Notes under the pieces: generated by a model
Database searches by the model: none
What the model was told of the DNA's origin: nothing
Seen by the model: the letters and a program-made list of their open reading frames with translations, nothing else
From: Mobula hypostoma
Taxonomy: Eukaryota
NCBI RefSeq assembly: GCF_963921235.1
Contig: NC_086097.1
Span: forward strand, 246,638,001-246,702,000
Direction of reading: 5' to 3'
Length of the DNA stretch: 64,000 nucleotides
Position numbers and translations under genes: made by a program
In this document: positions 52,066-63,800 of the stretch, one piece after another
How the letters are laid out: each line of letters opens with the position of its first letter
Numbering within the stretch: position 1 is the first letter of the stretch

Positions 52066-52776
52066 TTTGACACAGCCTCTGCTTCTCCCGAAGCCAGCAT
52101 GCTGTTTTCTCAAACACACATCGACAATGACTTTGATGAGAATCTTGCTGGGCACTGACAAATGTGTGACACTATGTCAGTTGCTGCAATTATTTAGTGC
52201 TCCTTTCTTGGGGATCCCAACAGTAACTCCCTTTGTCCAGTTCTTGGGTACTTGTCCACGTTCCCAGATTATAAGAAACAGTGGTTGCAGGATGGCTGCT
52301 GCAAATTTTGGTTAGCTTTGAACAGCTCAGCATTCAAGTTGTTATGTCCTGCAACTTTGTTGTACTTTAATGATTTAACCCCTTCTTTCTTAGCTGGATC
52401 TGTATTGATGTTGAGGTCCTCTGCTGCCTCTTGTATGTCAGGTTCTTCATCTGGTGATGGTCTACTCAGCAATTCTCTGAAATATTCTGTCCATTGTGCT
52501 TCTTGCTCTTTCTCGGTTGTCAAAAGCTGACTATTCTCATCTCTCATGCAACCACTGGATCTGGCCAGGAACTTTCTGCATATCAATTTTGAAATCTTGT
52601 ATATATTTCCCTGATCACCTCAACTGGCTGCTGCTTTGGCCTCCCCTGCAAGGTCTTCAATGTAGACTCTCTTATCTTTCTTAGAGTCCCTTCACTTTCT
52701 TGTTAGCTTCAGTATATGCGAGTTGAAGTTTCTCCTTAATCCGTGTTGACTTTGCATCTAACACTCTCTTCTTAAT

Positions 52777-52912
52777 GAGTCCTGACGAAGGGTCTCGGCC
52801 TGAAACGTCGACTGCACCTCTTCCTAGAGATGCTGCCTGGCCTGCTGCGTTAACCAGCAACTCTTATGTGTGTTGCTTGAATTTCCAGCATCTGCAGAAT
52901 TTCTGTTGTTTG
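52777..52912 (+). mobile_element. 136-bp Penelope terminal fragment beginning at a hammerhead motif
   Basis: TSD CTTCTTAAT at 52768-52776 and 52913-52921. Confidence 0.88.
52778..52813 (+). ncRNA. Minimal type I hammerhead ribozyme motif
   Basis: AGTC-CTGACGA-A-GGGTCTCGGCCT-GAAA-CG-TC-GACT. Helix I AGTC/GACT is perfect; predicted cleavage is after 52809. Confidence 0.8.
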
Positions 52913-53885
52913 CTTCTTAATTTTCTGTCTTTCATAAAAGGCTGAACGTTTTCTGATTTCTCTATTCTTTATTCTTCTTTCTAGCTCTGGACAAACTTCA
53001 CTGCTCTCCTTGAAGACTGAGGCAATCCATTTTCACATTGTGTTGATCTTGTCTACTGACACATCCTCGTCAAGGTCTTGCAAGGCCTGGAATCTGTTCT
53101 GAATGCAGAATGGTGAAGGTAGATTTCACACTGGTTTCCTACTTTAGTAGTTAGATCTCCCACGACTATGATTATGTCATTGCATGGTGCTAATTCTACC
53201 TCTGATTGCAGCCGTTCATAGAAAACATCCTTTTCTTCAATGTCACTATCATTATTTGGGTCATAGAACTGGATCAGTCATGTTCACTTGCTTCCCTTTC
53301 AGCCTGACTCTCATCAGCCTTCTGTTGATTGGTTTCCACTCTAGCAAGCACCTCTCAATGCCTCTCTTCAAAATGACAGCTACACCATCATGATGCTGAC
53401 CACATTCCCTTGCTGAGTATAAAACTGTTTCACGAGTTGCTGCCTTTAGTCTGCTAGACCCTGTCTATCTGCTTTCACTGACGCCCAGTACATGAAGGTT
53501 GTAACAACACATTTCTTCAGTTATTTATGCCAGCTTGCCAATGTTGCACATGGTTCATACATTACAAAACAATTTTTGGTCTTAATCCCGGCAGTGTTCA
53601 GAGCTTCCTTCATCGAGCCAGTAGCTTCCTTTTGGTGTTCACTACTGTCAATCATGCAAATCCCGGGTGGAGACTCAGGAATACCGTCACACACACAGAT
53701 ATAAGATCCTTCATTGCTGCTTCCATAGGTCTCCGGGTCACTGAGGCACACAAGCCTCCAAACCCTATGACACGTCTGTGGTCCTTTTAGAGGTGTCTTG
53801 TGATAGGCTAGGGTTAAATCGGGGGATTGCTGGGCAGAGTGGTTCAAAGGGCCGGAAGGGCCTAGTCCACAATGTATCTCAATAA

Positions 53886-54181
53886 CCAGATCCCCAGCTA
53901 TGAGTAAATAGCCCCACTGCCTAATGGGCAGCCTCAGGAGATGCAAAGGCTGCAGGAGAAAACCCAGACAGCAAATCCAGAGAGGAACACCTCAGGCGGC
54001 TGGACGTCGCCGAACATCCTTCTGGCAGCTCCTGCAGCCAATATGTTGCCACACCGGTGAGACAGAGAGGGGGATCTTGACAACTGGGCATCCCAAGATC
54101 TCCATATGTTCCGCCCAGGATCTCCATATGTTCTGCTCCAGTGCCACTTACTCCAGACAGATACCATCATTATCATAATCG
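53886..54181 (+). mobile_element. Short bipartite RTE-derived non-autonomous element
   Basis: RTE 5'UTR-like aaatccagagaggaacacctcaggcggctggacgtcgc..ttctggcagctcctgc and (ATC)n-like tail. TSD TCTCAATAA at 53877-53885 and 54182-54190. Confidence 0.7.
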
Positions 54182-54412
54182 TCTCAATAAATAAATAAAT
54201 ACATCAGGATAATTCACACGCTTCAACATGCTGAAATTAAAGTTTAAAATAGGACAATGGGTTCCTTTCCCACCCTCTCAATTATCACAAGTAACTGAGT
54301 CACTTGAAAGGGAACTAGAAACAGTCACTGGTCAGACTAACCACATCTTAATTATAAAATGTATCTTTTATTTCAATGCTACAACCAAAACCAGCAAAAA
54401 CAAAATAAGTTC

Positions 54413-57400
54413 ATAAGACCGTAAGATATAGGAGCAGAATTAGGCCATTTGGCCCATTGAGTCTGCTCTGCCATTTCATCAAAGCTGATTTAGTTTTCCT
54501 CTCAGCCTCAATCTCCCACCTTCTCCCCATGACCCTTCATGCCATGACCAATCAAGAATCTATCAACCTCTGCCATAAATATACATAAAGATTTGGCTTC
54601 CACAGTTTCACAATTCCACAGATTCACAACTCTCCGGCTAAAGAAGTTCTTCGTCATCTCCATTCTATAAGGATGCCCCTATATTCTGAGGCTGTGTCCT
54701 CTGGTCTTAGACTTTCCCACCATAGGAAAATACTCTCCACATCCACTCTATCAAGGCCTTTCACCATTTGATAGGTTACAATAAGGTCACCCCTCATTCT
54801 TCTGAATTCTAGTGAATACAAGCCCAGAGCCATCAGACTCTCTTCATATGATAAGCCATTCAATTCTGGAATCAGTTTCGTGAATCTCCTTTGAACTCTC
54901 TCCAGTTTCAATACATCCCTTCTAAGATAAGGGGCCCAAACTGACTCACAATACTCCAAGTGAGGCCTCACCAGTGCTTTATAAAGTTTCAACATTACAT
55001 CCTTGCTTTTATATTCTAGTCCTCTTGAAATGAATGCTAACATTGCATTTGCCTTCGTCACCACAGACTCAAGCTGCGAATTAACCTTTAGGGATTCCTG
55101 CACAGATACTTCCAAGTCCCATTGCATCTCAGTTTTTTGTATTGCCTCTCCATTTAGAAAATAGTCATTTCATTTCTCCTACCAAAGTGCATCACTGTGC
55201 ACTTCCCAAGACTGTATTCCATCTGTCATTTCTTTGCCCATTCTCTTAATCTGTCTAAATCCTTCTGTTGCCTCTCTACTTCCTCAACCATGGATGACAA
55301 GTGAGGTGGAAAATCTAGTCAGGTGGAAGAAGGCAGCATACATGAGGTTCAGGAAGCAAGGATCAGATGGGTCTATTGAGGAATATAGGGAAGCAAGAAA
55401 GGAACTTAAGAAGGGGCTGAGAAGAACAAGAAGGGGGCATGAGAAGGCCTTGGCGAGTAGGATAAAGGAAAACCCCAAGGCATTCTTCAATTATGTGAAG
55501 AAAAAAAGGATGACAGGAGTGAAGGTAGGACCGATTAAGGATAAAGGTGGGAAGATGTGCCTGGAGGCTGTGGAAGTGAGCGAGGTTCTCAATGAATACT
55601 TCTCTTCGGTATTCACCAATGAGAGGGAACTTGGTGATGGTGAGGACAATATGAGTGAGGCTGATGTTCTGGAGCATGTTGATATTAAGGGAGAGGAGGT
55701 GTTGGAGTTGTTAACATACATTAGGACAGATAAGTCTCTGGGGCCTGACGGAATATTCCCCAGGCTGCTCCACAAGGCAAGAGAAGAAATTGCTGAGCAT
55801 CTGGTTAGGACCTTTACGTCCTGGTTGTCCACGGGAATGGTACCAGAGGATTGGAGGGAGGCGAATGTTGTCCCCTTGTTCAAAAATGGTAGTAGGGATA
55901 GTCCGGGTAATTATAGACCAGTGAGCCTTACGTCTGTGGTGGGAAAGCTGTTGGAAAAGATTCTTAGAGATAGGATCTATAGGCATTTAGAGAATCATGG
56001 TCTGATCAGGGACAGTCAGCATGGCTTTGTGAAGGGCAGATCGTGTCTAACAAGCCTGATAGAGTTCTTTGAGGAGGTGACCAAGCATATAGATGAGGGT
56101 AGTGCAGTGGATGTGATCTATATTGATTTTAGTAAGGCATTTGACAAGGTTCCACACGGTAGGCTTATTCAGAAAGTTAGAAGGCATGGGATCCAGGGAA
56201 GTTTAGCCAGGTGGATTCAGAATTGGCTTGCCTGCAGAAGGCAGAGGGTCATGGCGGAGGGAGTACATTCAGATAAAGGATTGTGACTAGTGGTGTCCCA
56301 CAAGGATCTGATCTGGGACCTCTACTTTTCGTGATTTTTATTAACGACCTGGATGTGGGGATAGAAGGGTGAGTTGGCAAGTTTGCAGACGACACAAAGG
56401 TTGGTGGTGTTGTAGATAGTGTAGAGGATTGTTGAAGATTGCAGAGAGACATTGATAGGATGCAGAAGTGGGCTGAGAAGTGGCAGATGGAGTTCAACCC
56501 AGAGAAGTGTGAGGTGGTACACTTTGGAAGGACAAACTCCAAGGCAGAGTACAAAGTAAATGGCAGGATACTTGGTAGTGTGGAGGAGCAGAGGGATCTG
56601 GGGGTACAAGTCCACAGATCCCTGAAAGTTGCCTCACAGGTGGATAGGGTAGTTAAGGAAGCTTATGGGGTGTTAACTTTCATAAGTCGAGGGATAGAGT
56701 TTAAGAGTCGCGATGTAATGATGCAGCTCTATAAAACTCTGGTTAGGCCGCACTTGGAGTACTGTGTCCAGTTCTGGTCACCTCACTAAAGGAAGGATGC
56801 GGAAGGATTGGAAAGGGTACAGAGGAGATTTACCAGGATGCTGCCTGGTTTAGAAAGTATGCATTATGATCAGAGATTAAGGGAGCTAGGGCTTTACTCT
56901 TTGGAGAGAAGGAGAATGAGAGGAGACATGATAGAGGTGTACAAGATAATAAGAGGAATAGATAGAGTGGACAGCCAGCGCCTCTTCCCCAGGGCACCAC
57001 TGCTCAATACAAGAGGATGTGGCTTTAAGGTAAGGGGTGGGAAGTTCAAGGGGGATATTAGAGGAAGGTTTTTTACTCAGAGAGTGGTTGGTGCATGGAA
57101 TGCACTGCCTGAGTCAGTGGTGGAGGCAGATACACTAGTGAAGTTTAAGAGACTACTGGACAGGTATATGGAGGAACTTAAGGTGGGAGCTTATATGGGA
57201 GGCAGGGTTTGAGGGTCGGCACAACATTGTGGGCCGAAGGGCCTGTACTGTTCTATGTTCTAAAATAACCTACCCTTCCACCTATCTTCATATTGTCTGC
57301 AAACTTTGCAAAAAAGCCATCAATTCCATCATTCAAATTATATAATGTAAAAAGAATTGCTCCCAACACAGACTGCTGTAGACCATCACTAGTCACTAGC

Positions 57401-57553
57401 AGCCAGTCAGAAAAGGCTCCCTTTATTCCCACTCTTTGCTTCCTGCCAATCAGCCACTGCTTTACCCATGATAGAATCTTTCCTGTAATACCATGGGCTC
57501 ATAGCTTGTAAAACAGCCTCATATGTGGCACCTTGTCAAAGGCCTCCTGAAAT
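54413..57553 (-). mobile_element. CR1 fragment split by a younger plus-strand CR1
   Basis: KANAMLAFISRGLEYK..RPHLEYC at 54654-55127, continuing at 57262-57553. Confidence 0.9.
55288..57261 (+). mobile_element. Relatively young 5'-truncated CR1 with a long RT reading frame
   Basis: Open from PWMTSEV for about 330 codons, then a frameshift near 56270 and a few stops; (TTCTATG)n tail. Confidence 0.95.
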
Positions 57554-57649
57554 CTACCCTACCCTGGATATATAAGACTTACCTACTTAATAAATTCAGA
57601 ATCAGCTTTATTATCGATAACATATCATAAAATTTTGTTACTTTATACC

Positions 57650-57972
57650 CTAAGACCGTAAGATGTAGGAGCAGAATTAGGCCATTTAGTCCATGTGATC
57701 TGCCCCACCATTTCATCATGGTTGATCCATTTCCCCTTCAACTCCATTTTCCTGCCTTCTCCCTGTAACCTTCACACCCTGATATTTCAAGATCCTGTCT
57801 TCCTCTACCCTCAATACACCCAATGACCTGACTTCCACAGCCGCCTGTGGCAAAGAATTCCACAGGTTCACCAGCCTCTGGAGAAATAAATTCCTCCTAA
57901 TCTCCATTCTAAATGGATATCCCTCTATTCAGAGGCTATGCCCTCTGGTCCTACACTCCACCATAGGAAACA
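57650..57972 (-). mobile_element. CR1 3' end
   Basis: QRLVNLWNSLPQA motif. Confidence 0.88.
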
Positions 57973-57974
57973 TG

Positions 57975-60900
57975 CACAAATATATCAGTGCTGTCCCAAT
58001 TCTGTTCACCAGACCTGGAACATCTAGCAGTTAAGTGCCATCCTTTTTACCTACCATGGGAGTTCTCTGGGGTCATTTTGGTAGCAGTTTACATTCCACC
58101 TCAGGCCAAGGTGCAGGCTTTAGATGATCTGAGCAATGGGATCAACATGCACGAAACAGCGCACCCTAATGCCTTCACCATCATTTTGGGGGGATTTTAA
58201 CCAGGCCAGTCTGAAAAAATCACTAAGCAACTACCACCAACAGATTCCTTGCAATATCAGAGGAAACAACACACTGAACCATTGCTATACCACCGTCAAC
58301 AATCCCTACCGTGCTGTTCCACGCCCTCACCTCGGGAAGTCTGATCACCTGGCCGTACTTCTACTCCCTGAGTATAGGCAGAGACTGCAGACTGCAGCAC
58401 CAGTAGTGAGGACCAAGAAGGTATGGACAAGGGAGGCACAGGAGTGCCTACAGGACTGTTTTGAATCGGTGGACTGGACTGTATTCAGGGATTCATCTTT
58501 GAACCTGGATGAGTATGCTGCAGTTGTTACCGACTTCATAAAAATCTGTGTAGATGACTGTGTGCCTACAAAGACGTACTGTACATTCCCAATGCCTTCT
58601 ATACCCGCTTTGAAAGGGAGAACACAACTACTAGTGTGAAGATCCCTGCTGCACCAGATGACCCTGTGATCTCCATCACAGAGGCTGATGTTAGACTGTC
58701 TTCAAAGGGAGTGAACCCTCGCAAGGTGCGAGGTCCAGATGGAGTACCTGGTAAGGCTCTGAAAGCCTGTGCCAACCAACTCGCGGGAGTATTCAAGGAC
58801 ATTTTCAACCTCTCACTGCTACAGGCTAAAGTTCCCACTTGCTTCAAAAAGGCAACAATTATTCCAGTGCCTAAGAAGAGTAACGTGGGCTGCCTTAATG
58901 ACTAATGTGGGTAGCACCCACACCGACAGCGATGAAATGCTTTGCAAGTTTGGTCATGACTAGAATGAACTCCTGCCTCAGCAAGGACCTGGACCCATTG
59001 CAATTTGCCTATCGCCACAATAGGTCAACGGCAGACGCAGTCTCAGTCTCAATGGCTCGCCACACGGATTTAGACCACCTGGACAACACAAACACCTACA
59101 TCAGGATGCTGTTCATCAACTATAGCTCAGCATTTAATACCATCATTCCCACAATCCTGATTGAGAAGTTGCAGAACCTGGGCCTCTGTACCTCCCTCTG
59201 CAATTGGATCCTCGACTTCCTAACCGGAAGACCACAGTCTGGTGGATTGGTGATAACATATCCTCCTCGCTGATGATCAACACTGGTGCACCTCAGGGCT
59301 GTGTGCTTAGCCCACTGCTCTACTCTCTACATACACATAACTGTGTGGCTAGGCATAGCTCGAATACCATCTATACATTTGCTGACGATACAACCATTGT
59401 TGGCAGAACCTCAGGTGATGACAAGAGGGCATTCAGGAGTGAGATATGCCAACTAGTGTAGTGGTGCCTCAGAAACAACTGTCAGTAAGATGGAAGAGCT
59501 GATTGTGGACTTCAGGAATGGTAAGATGAAAGAACACATTCCAATCCACATAGAGGGATCAGAAATGGAGACAGTGAGCAGTTTCAAGTTCCTGGGTGTC
59601 AAGATCTCTCGTTACATACCTCAAGGAGATCTTGCGACTTTCTTGTGAGAATGATGTAATGGTCTTTTGGAGGTCACCTGATGTAATTTTCCCGCCAATG
59701 TGAGGTCATGTGATGACATGTTCACCATGGGTATAAAAGGGGAAGACCCCTGGTGACGCAGTTTTTTTTTTAGTTAAAACGTCAATGAGATACTCCACTC
59801 CGCTGCTTATTTGCATCATGACGCAGTTTTGATTTTAAATGGAGTTTTATGTTCTAATGTAAGGTACAGAAGTCTGAGCCAGCAGTTTGACAATCGCTGC
59901 CAGGTTTGTTAATGTATCTTTTCAGTAACATTAGACAGTGAAGACGGGACCCTGAAGGAGACGTTCGACGGATTTGGAAAAGATCGGCCATTACTGAATT
60001 CGTTCAGGAAAGAGTGATCTGCATGAGATAGTCTCTGCTAAAAGTGGCAGAAAGGCTGTGCAAGATTATTCTACGGAGGAGGAAGGTCAGTGCCTTTAAA
60101 ACTGTTTTATTTCCATCACCGTGAATCCTGTGGAAAGGGCAGGATCCGACTGGGAGTGGCAGTGACGCCGTGTCTTCGAGGAATTCGTTACTTCATGAAA
60201 GTCTCTCCTGATTGACTCTATAAATCTTTCGGACTTTAAAATTTACCATTCGAAGAACTGTGTTTGAATTTATCGCTTTAAGAGCTGGTTTTGCATTATC
60301 GTTTTAAGAACTGGTTTCGCATTATTGCTTTAAGAACTAGTACTGAGTAGTGGTTTACCAAATGGCCGCATAGCCGTTTACTTCCAGTTAGGGTTTTCAT
60401 TTTTTTTTTCATTGTTTATCAGGGTTTAATAAATGTTTGTTTGTATATAAATTCTGACTCGATATATTCATTGTTGCCAATCACATGACACTCTGAGGGT
60501 CTAACCTGGTCCCAACATATTGATGTAGTTAAAAAGAAGGCAAGACAGCGGCTATACTTTATTAAGAGTTTGAAGAGATTTGCCATGTCAACAAATACAC
60601 ACAAAAACTTCTATAGTTGTATCGTGGAGAGCATTCTGACAGGCTGCATCACTGTCTGGTATGGAGGGGCTACTGCACAGGACCAAAAGAAGCTGCAGAA
60701 GGTTGAAAATCTAGTCAGCTCCATCTTGGGTACTAGCCTACAAAGTACCCAGGACATCTTTAGGGAGCGGTGTCTCAGAAAGGCAGCATCCATTATTAAG
60801 GACCTCCAGCACCCAGGGCATGCCCTTTTCTCACTGTTACCACCAGGTAGGAGGTACAGAAGCCTGAAGGCACACACTCAGCGATTCAGGAACAGCTTCT

Positions 60901-61150
60901 TGCCCTCTAGCATCTGATTACTAAATGGACATTGAATCTTTGGACACTACCTCACTTTTTTTGCATATACAGTATTTCTGTTTTTGCATGTTTTTTAAAT
61001 CTATCCAATATATGTATTTACTTGTTTATTTATTATTATTATTATTTTTTCTCTCTCTTTGCTAGATTATGTATTGCACTGAACTGCTGCTGCTAAGTTA
61101 ACAAATTTCACGTCACATGCCGGTGATAATAAACCTGATTCTGATTCTGT
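57975..61150 (+). mobile_element. Rex1/Babar LINE (APE to 3' tail, internally deleted), interrupted by a solo LTR
   Basis: [51 protein letters not shown] and VESILTGCITVWYG motifs; (GATTCT)n tail. Confidence 0.93.
59610..60490 (+). mobile_element. Solo LTR (Gypsy-like), 881 bp
   Basis: 4-bp TSD CTCT (59606-59609 and 60491-60494); termini CG(TG mutated?)..CA; TATAAAA at 59732 and AATAAA at 60428. It cleanly interrupts the Rex1 FLGVKISE codons. Confidence 0.8.
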
Positions 61151-61429
61151 AAGTGACACATTTCACTGTATGTTTTGATGCACACTTGACAAATAAATCT
61201 GAATCTCTGGTTATCCATCTCAGTGTTGCAGATGCCGCAGTATTTCATATCACCGATCAAATCACAGCAACAGTGAAGGTGGAGGAAGATGGCAACAGTG
61301 AAGGATCCCCAGTCATATGGCCTTCAATGCCACTGGACCCTGACCCTGATCTGTCAAGGACCCCCTCAACAAACAAAGTCACATTCAGGCATCCTCCATT
61401 CAAGGGAATAACCCCTTGGGAGAACATCA

Positions 61430-62172
61430 TACAAGTTTATTGTCATCTGCCTGTACATAAATACAACCAAACAACATTCCTCTGGACCACGGTGCACCCA
61501 CAATACATATGTCATACACAAAATATAAAACAAATATTACCATCAAATATTTTTTTAATTAATTCAAAAATACACAAAGTGCGCAGCACAGGTAAACAGT
61601 AAACTGCAAGAAGCTCGCTGTCCTAGTGACGAGACCTTGGTGGTGGCAGAGTATTCATTAGTCTCACAGCCTGAGGGAAGAAGCTGTTACCCAGTCTGGC
61701 AGTCCTAGTCCTGATGCTCCTGTACCTCCTTCCTGACAGCCATGAGTCAAAGGCACTGTGAGAAGGCTGGTAAGGAGCCTTTCATCTATAACACTCCAAA
61801 TGTCACAAATATGGGGCGGGGGGGTGGGGAGGGAGACCCTGTCAAATCTCTTAGCAGGTCTTACTATTATCTGTACGGTCTTGCAGTCTGACGCCTTGCA
61901 TACTCAAGTGATCGTAGTACTACCGTAAGGGGAAAGTCAGGGGTAGTTCTTTTTTAACAGAGTGTAGAGGGTGCATGGAACACCCTGCCGGGGTGGTGGC
62001 AGAGGCAGATACATTAGGGACATTTAATACACTCTTAGATAGGCACATGAATGGTAGTAAAATGGAGAGTTATGAAAGAGGGAAGGGTTAGGTTGATCTT
62101 GGAGTAAGTTAAAAGGTCAGTATATCGTAGGCTGAAGTGCCAGTACTGTGCTGAGGTGTTCCATGTTCTATG
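61430..62172. mobile_element. Rex1/Babar (minus) and CR1 (plus) 3' fragments
   Basis: gagggaagaagctgttacccagtct..tcctgtacctccttcctga; ggtgcatggaac..ctcttagataggcacatg. Confidence 0.65.
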
Positions 62173-62481
62173 TTAATATTGACAGTGCTCATAGGCAACT
62201 TTGACACTCCCATTCTAGCTTATATCATCACATATGTATTTGTGATCCCTCTTCATGAACTCTGTACTGAAGCCTTGATTAAACAACTTGATTCCCCTGC
62301 AAACTGTATCATCATTTCATTTCACGCATCTTTCTAAAGACAGAAATGCAAGAAAAATGTAAGACCCTCTGCCTGTTGCTTCTTAAGAATCCAGAAAAGT
62401 GATTTAAATCAATCCAAGAATATAATTTATAAATATAATGGTAAATAGAAATAAATAGAAGGAATCTAATCTGCAGATCTA

Positions 62482-63017
62482 CAGTACTGTGCAAAAGTAT
62501 TAAGCACATACATACAGCTAGGGTGCCTAAGAATTTTGTACTGTACTGTACTTGTCAACATGGAGTGGAAAGGAAGTTTGTAAATCAGGCGGGAGCAAAG
62601 TATGTTGGAGACAGCAAGGGTGGAGTGCCATGAGAGGGGTGTGGGACAGATGGCAGAGAAAGAGTACTGGGGGAGGGTGGGGGAGGGGTGGTGTGGGTGC
62701 CCTGAGACACTAGGCAAGGCTATTTGATTCCAAACAATCAGATAATTGATCATTACAGAATATCTCTTGAGTGCTTCCCGTTCTAGCCCTCTCCCTTCCC
62801 CTTTTTCCAACCATAATTCCCCTCTCCCTGCCCCCCTCCCACTCTCAGTCCACAATAGAGACCCATATCCGAATCAGGTTTGCCATTACTCACATATGTT
62901 ATGAGATTTGTATTTTTTTACAGCACCAGTACAATGCAATATATAAAATTACTACAGTACTGTGCAAAAGTCTTAGGCTCACTATATATATATGCCTAAG
63001 ACTTTTGCATAGCACTG
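62482..63017. mobile_element. Two Tc1-type palindromic MITE units (62482-62548 and 62955-63017) bracketing about 400 bp
   Basis: Each unit is TA|cagtactgtgcaaaagt.tta.gc ... gcctaaga.ttttg.a..g.actg|TA. Confidence 0.75.
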
Positions 63018-63197
63018 TATAAATACATAAATTTTTATAAATAGAAGGAACATAATCTATCATTTTCATTCTGAGATAGAACTAGTGCAAGTTACACCTA
63101 TCTCATTACATCAATATCAGTTATTTGTGGCCAGCAATTGTAATTGTGGCTAATGGGGTAAAACTGGGATTAAAATTAGATTAAAATGGTGTACATT

Positions 63198-63800
63198 TGT
63201 TAAAGATGAATCTGAATAAAACTCGGGAGACTAACTTCTTACAGTTACAACAGTTTATTGTGCACCCTCCTGCAGGAGTTTGAGACCCAGTTGTCAGAGG
63301 GAAGGCACTCAAGTACTGCCACCATCCAACAAGTGGGCCCACTCTCTCCAGTTACAGCCGTATATTTATACGTAGTAAGCTCCATACATTACTGTTGCAA
63401 GATGTCATTTGAACTAGTACGCCCACCAAGTCTTTTGGAGAGAAACTTAGTTACAGATAAGAGAGTCCGCTATATCAAGGCTTCATTACAGATGTATGTG
63501 CTGTCCAGTCCTTATCAGTTATTCCCTTTGCTAGGCCCTGACTTAATTACAGATGGATGTTCATTCCTGTCCTTATCAGTGAGTCCTCCTTCCCCTACTC
63601 AAACAAAGGTACAATGTACAATGTTATCAAACTCTCAATGTCTCTCTACAAACCAAGGGAGAACTAACATAAGCCGGTTTTAGCTAACTGCTGAAGACAA
63701 GAGTTTACCTCAGTTCAAAAATTCCTATTCAGTCCCAATTATTCTTTTAGCCAGAGGTTACATAGGTTCAAAATGATTTTTTTATATCCTCAATTCCTCA
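63198..63800 (-). mobile_element. Solo LTR, ERV1-like, 603 bp
   Basis: Minus strand begins TGAGG and ends TTAACA. 4-bp TSD CATT (63194-63197 and 63801-63804). TATAAATA at 63363-63370 and AATAAA at 63254-63259 on the minus strand, in U3-R-U5 order. Confidence 0.8.

Larger units (their letters stand above)
50687..53798 (-). mobile_element. RTE-clade LINE, near full-length but decayed, splitting a plus-strand V-SINE (50550-50686 and 53799-53885)
   Basis: QHAGFGRSRGCVKQIF, LEDLDFADD, FTYLGS, YGSECW and WIGHLLR motifs; (AACT)n tail. TSD TGTGATAG at 50679-50686 and 53799-53806. Confidence 0.9.

Noticed and set aside
51758..52315. Repetitive ORFs, or a CRISPR-like array
   Set aside because: It is a 45-bp tandem repeat without spacers, derived from the RTE sequence.
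55234..56286. 350-aa ORF as a functional gene
   Set aside because: It is a 5'-truncated CR1 ORF2. The first residues come from the antisense host CR1, and a frameshift and stops follow.
62300..62358. Strong minus-strand polypyrimidine tract and AG acceptor
   Set aside because: All three frames stop within a few codons and there is no SUGCT similarity.
63258..63683. 141-aa plus-strand ORF
   Set aside because: It is antisense within the solo LTR and has no recognisable domain.
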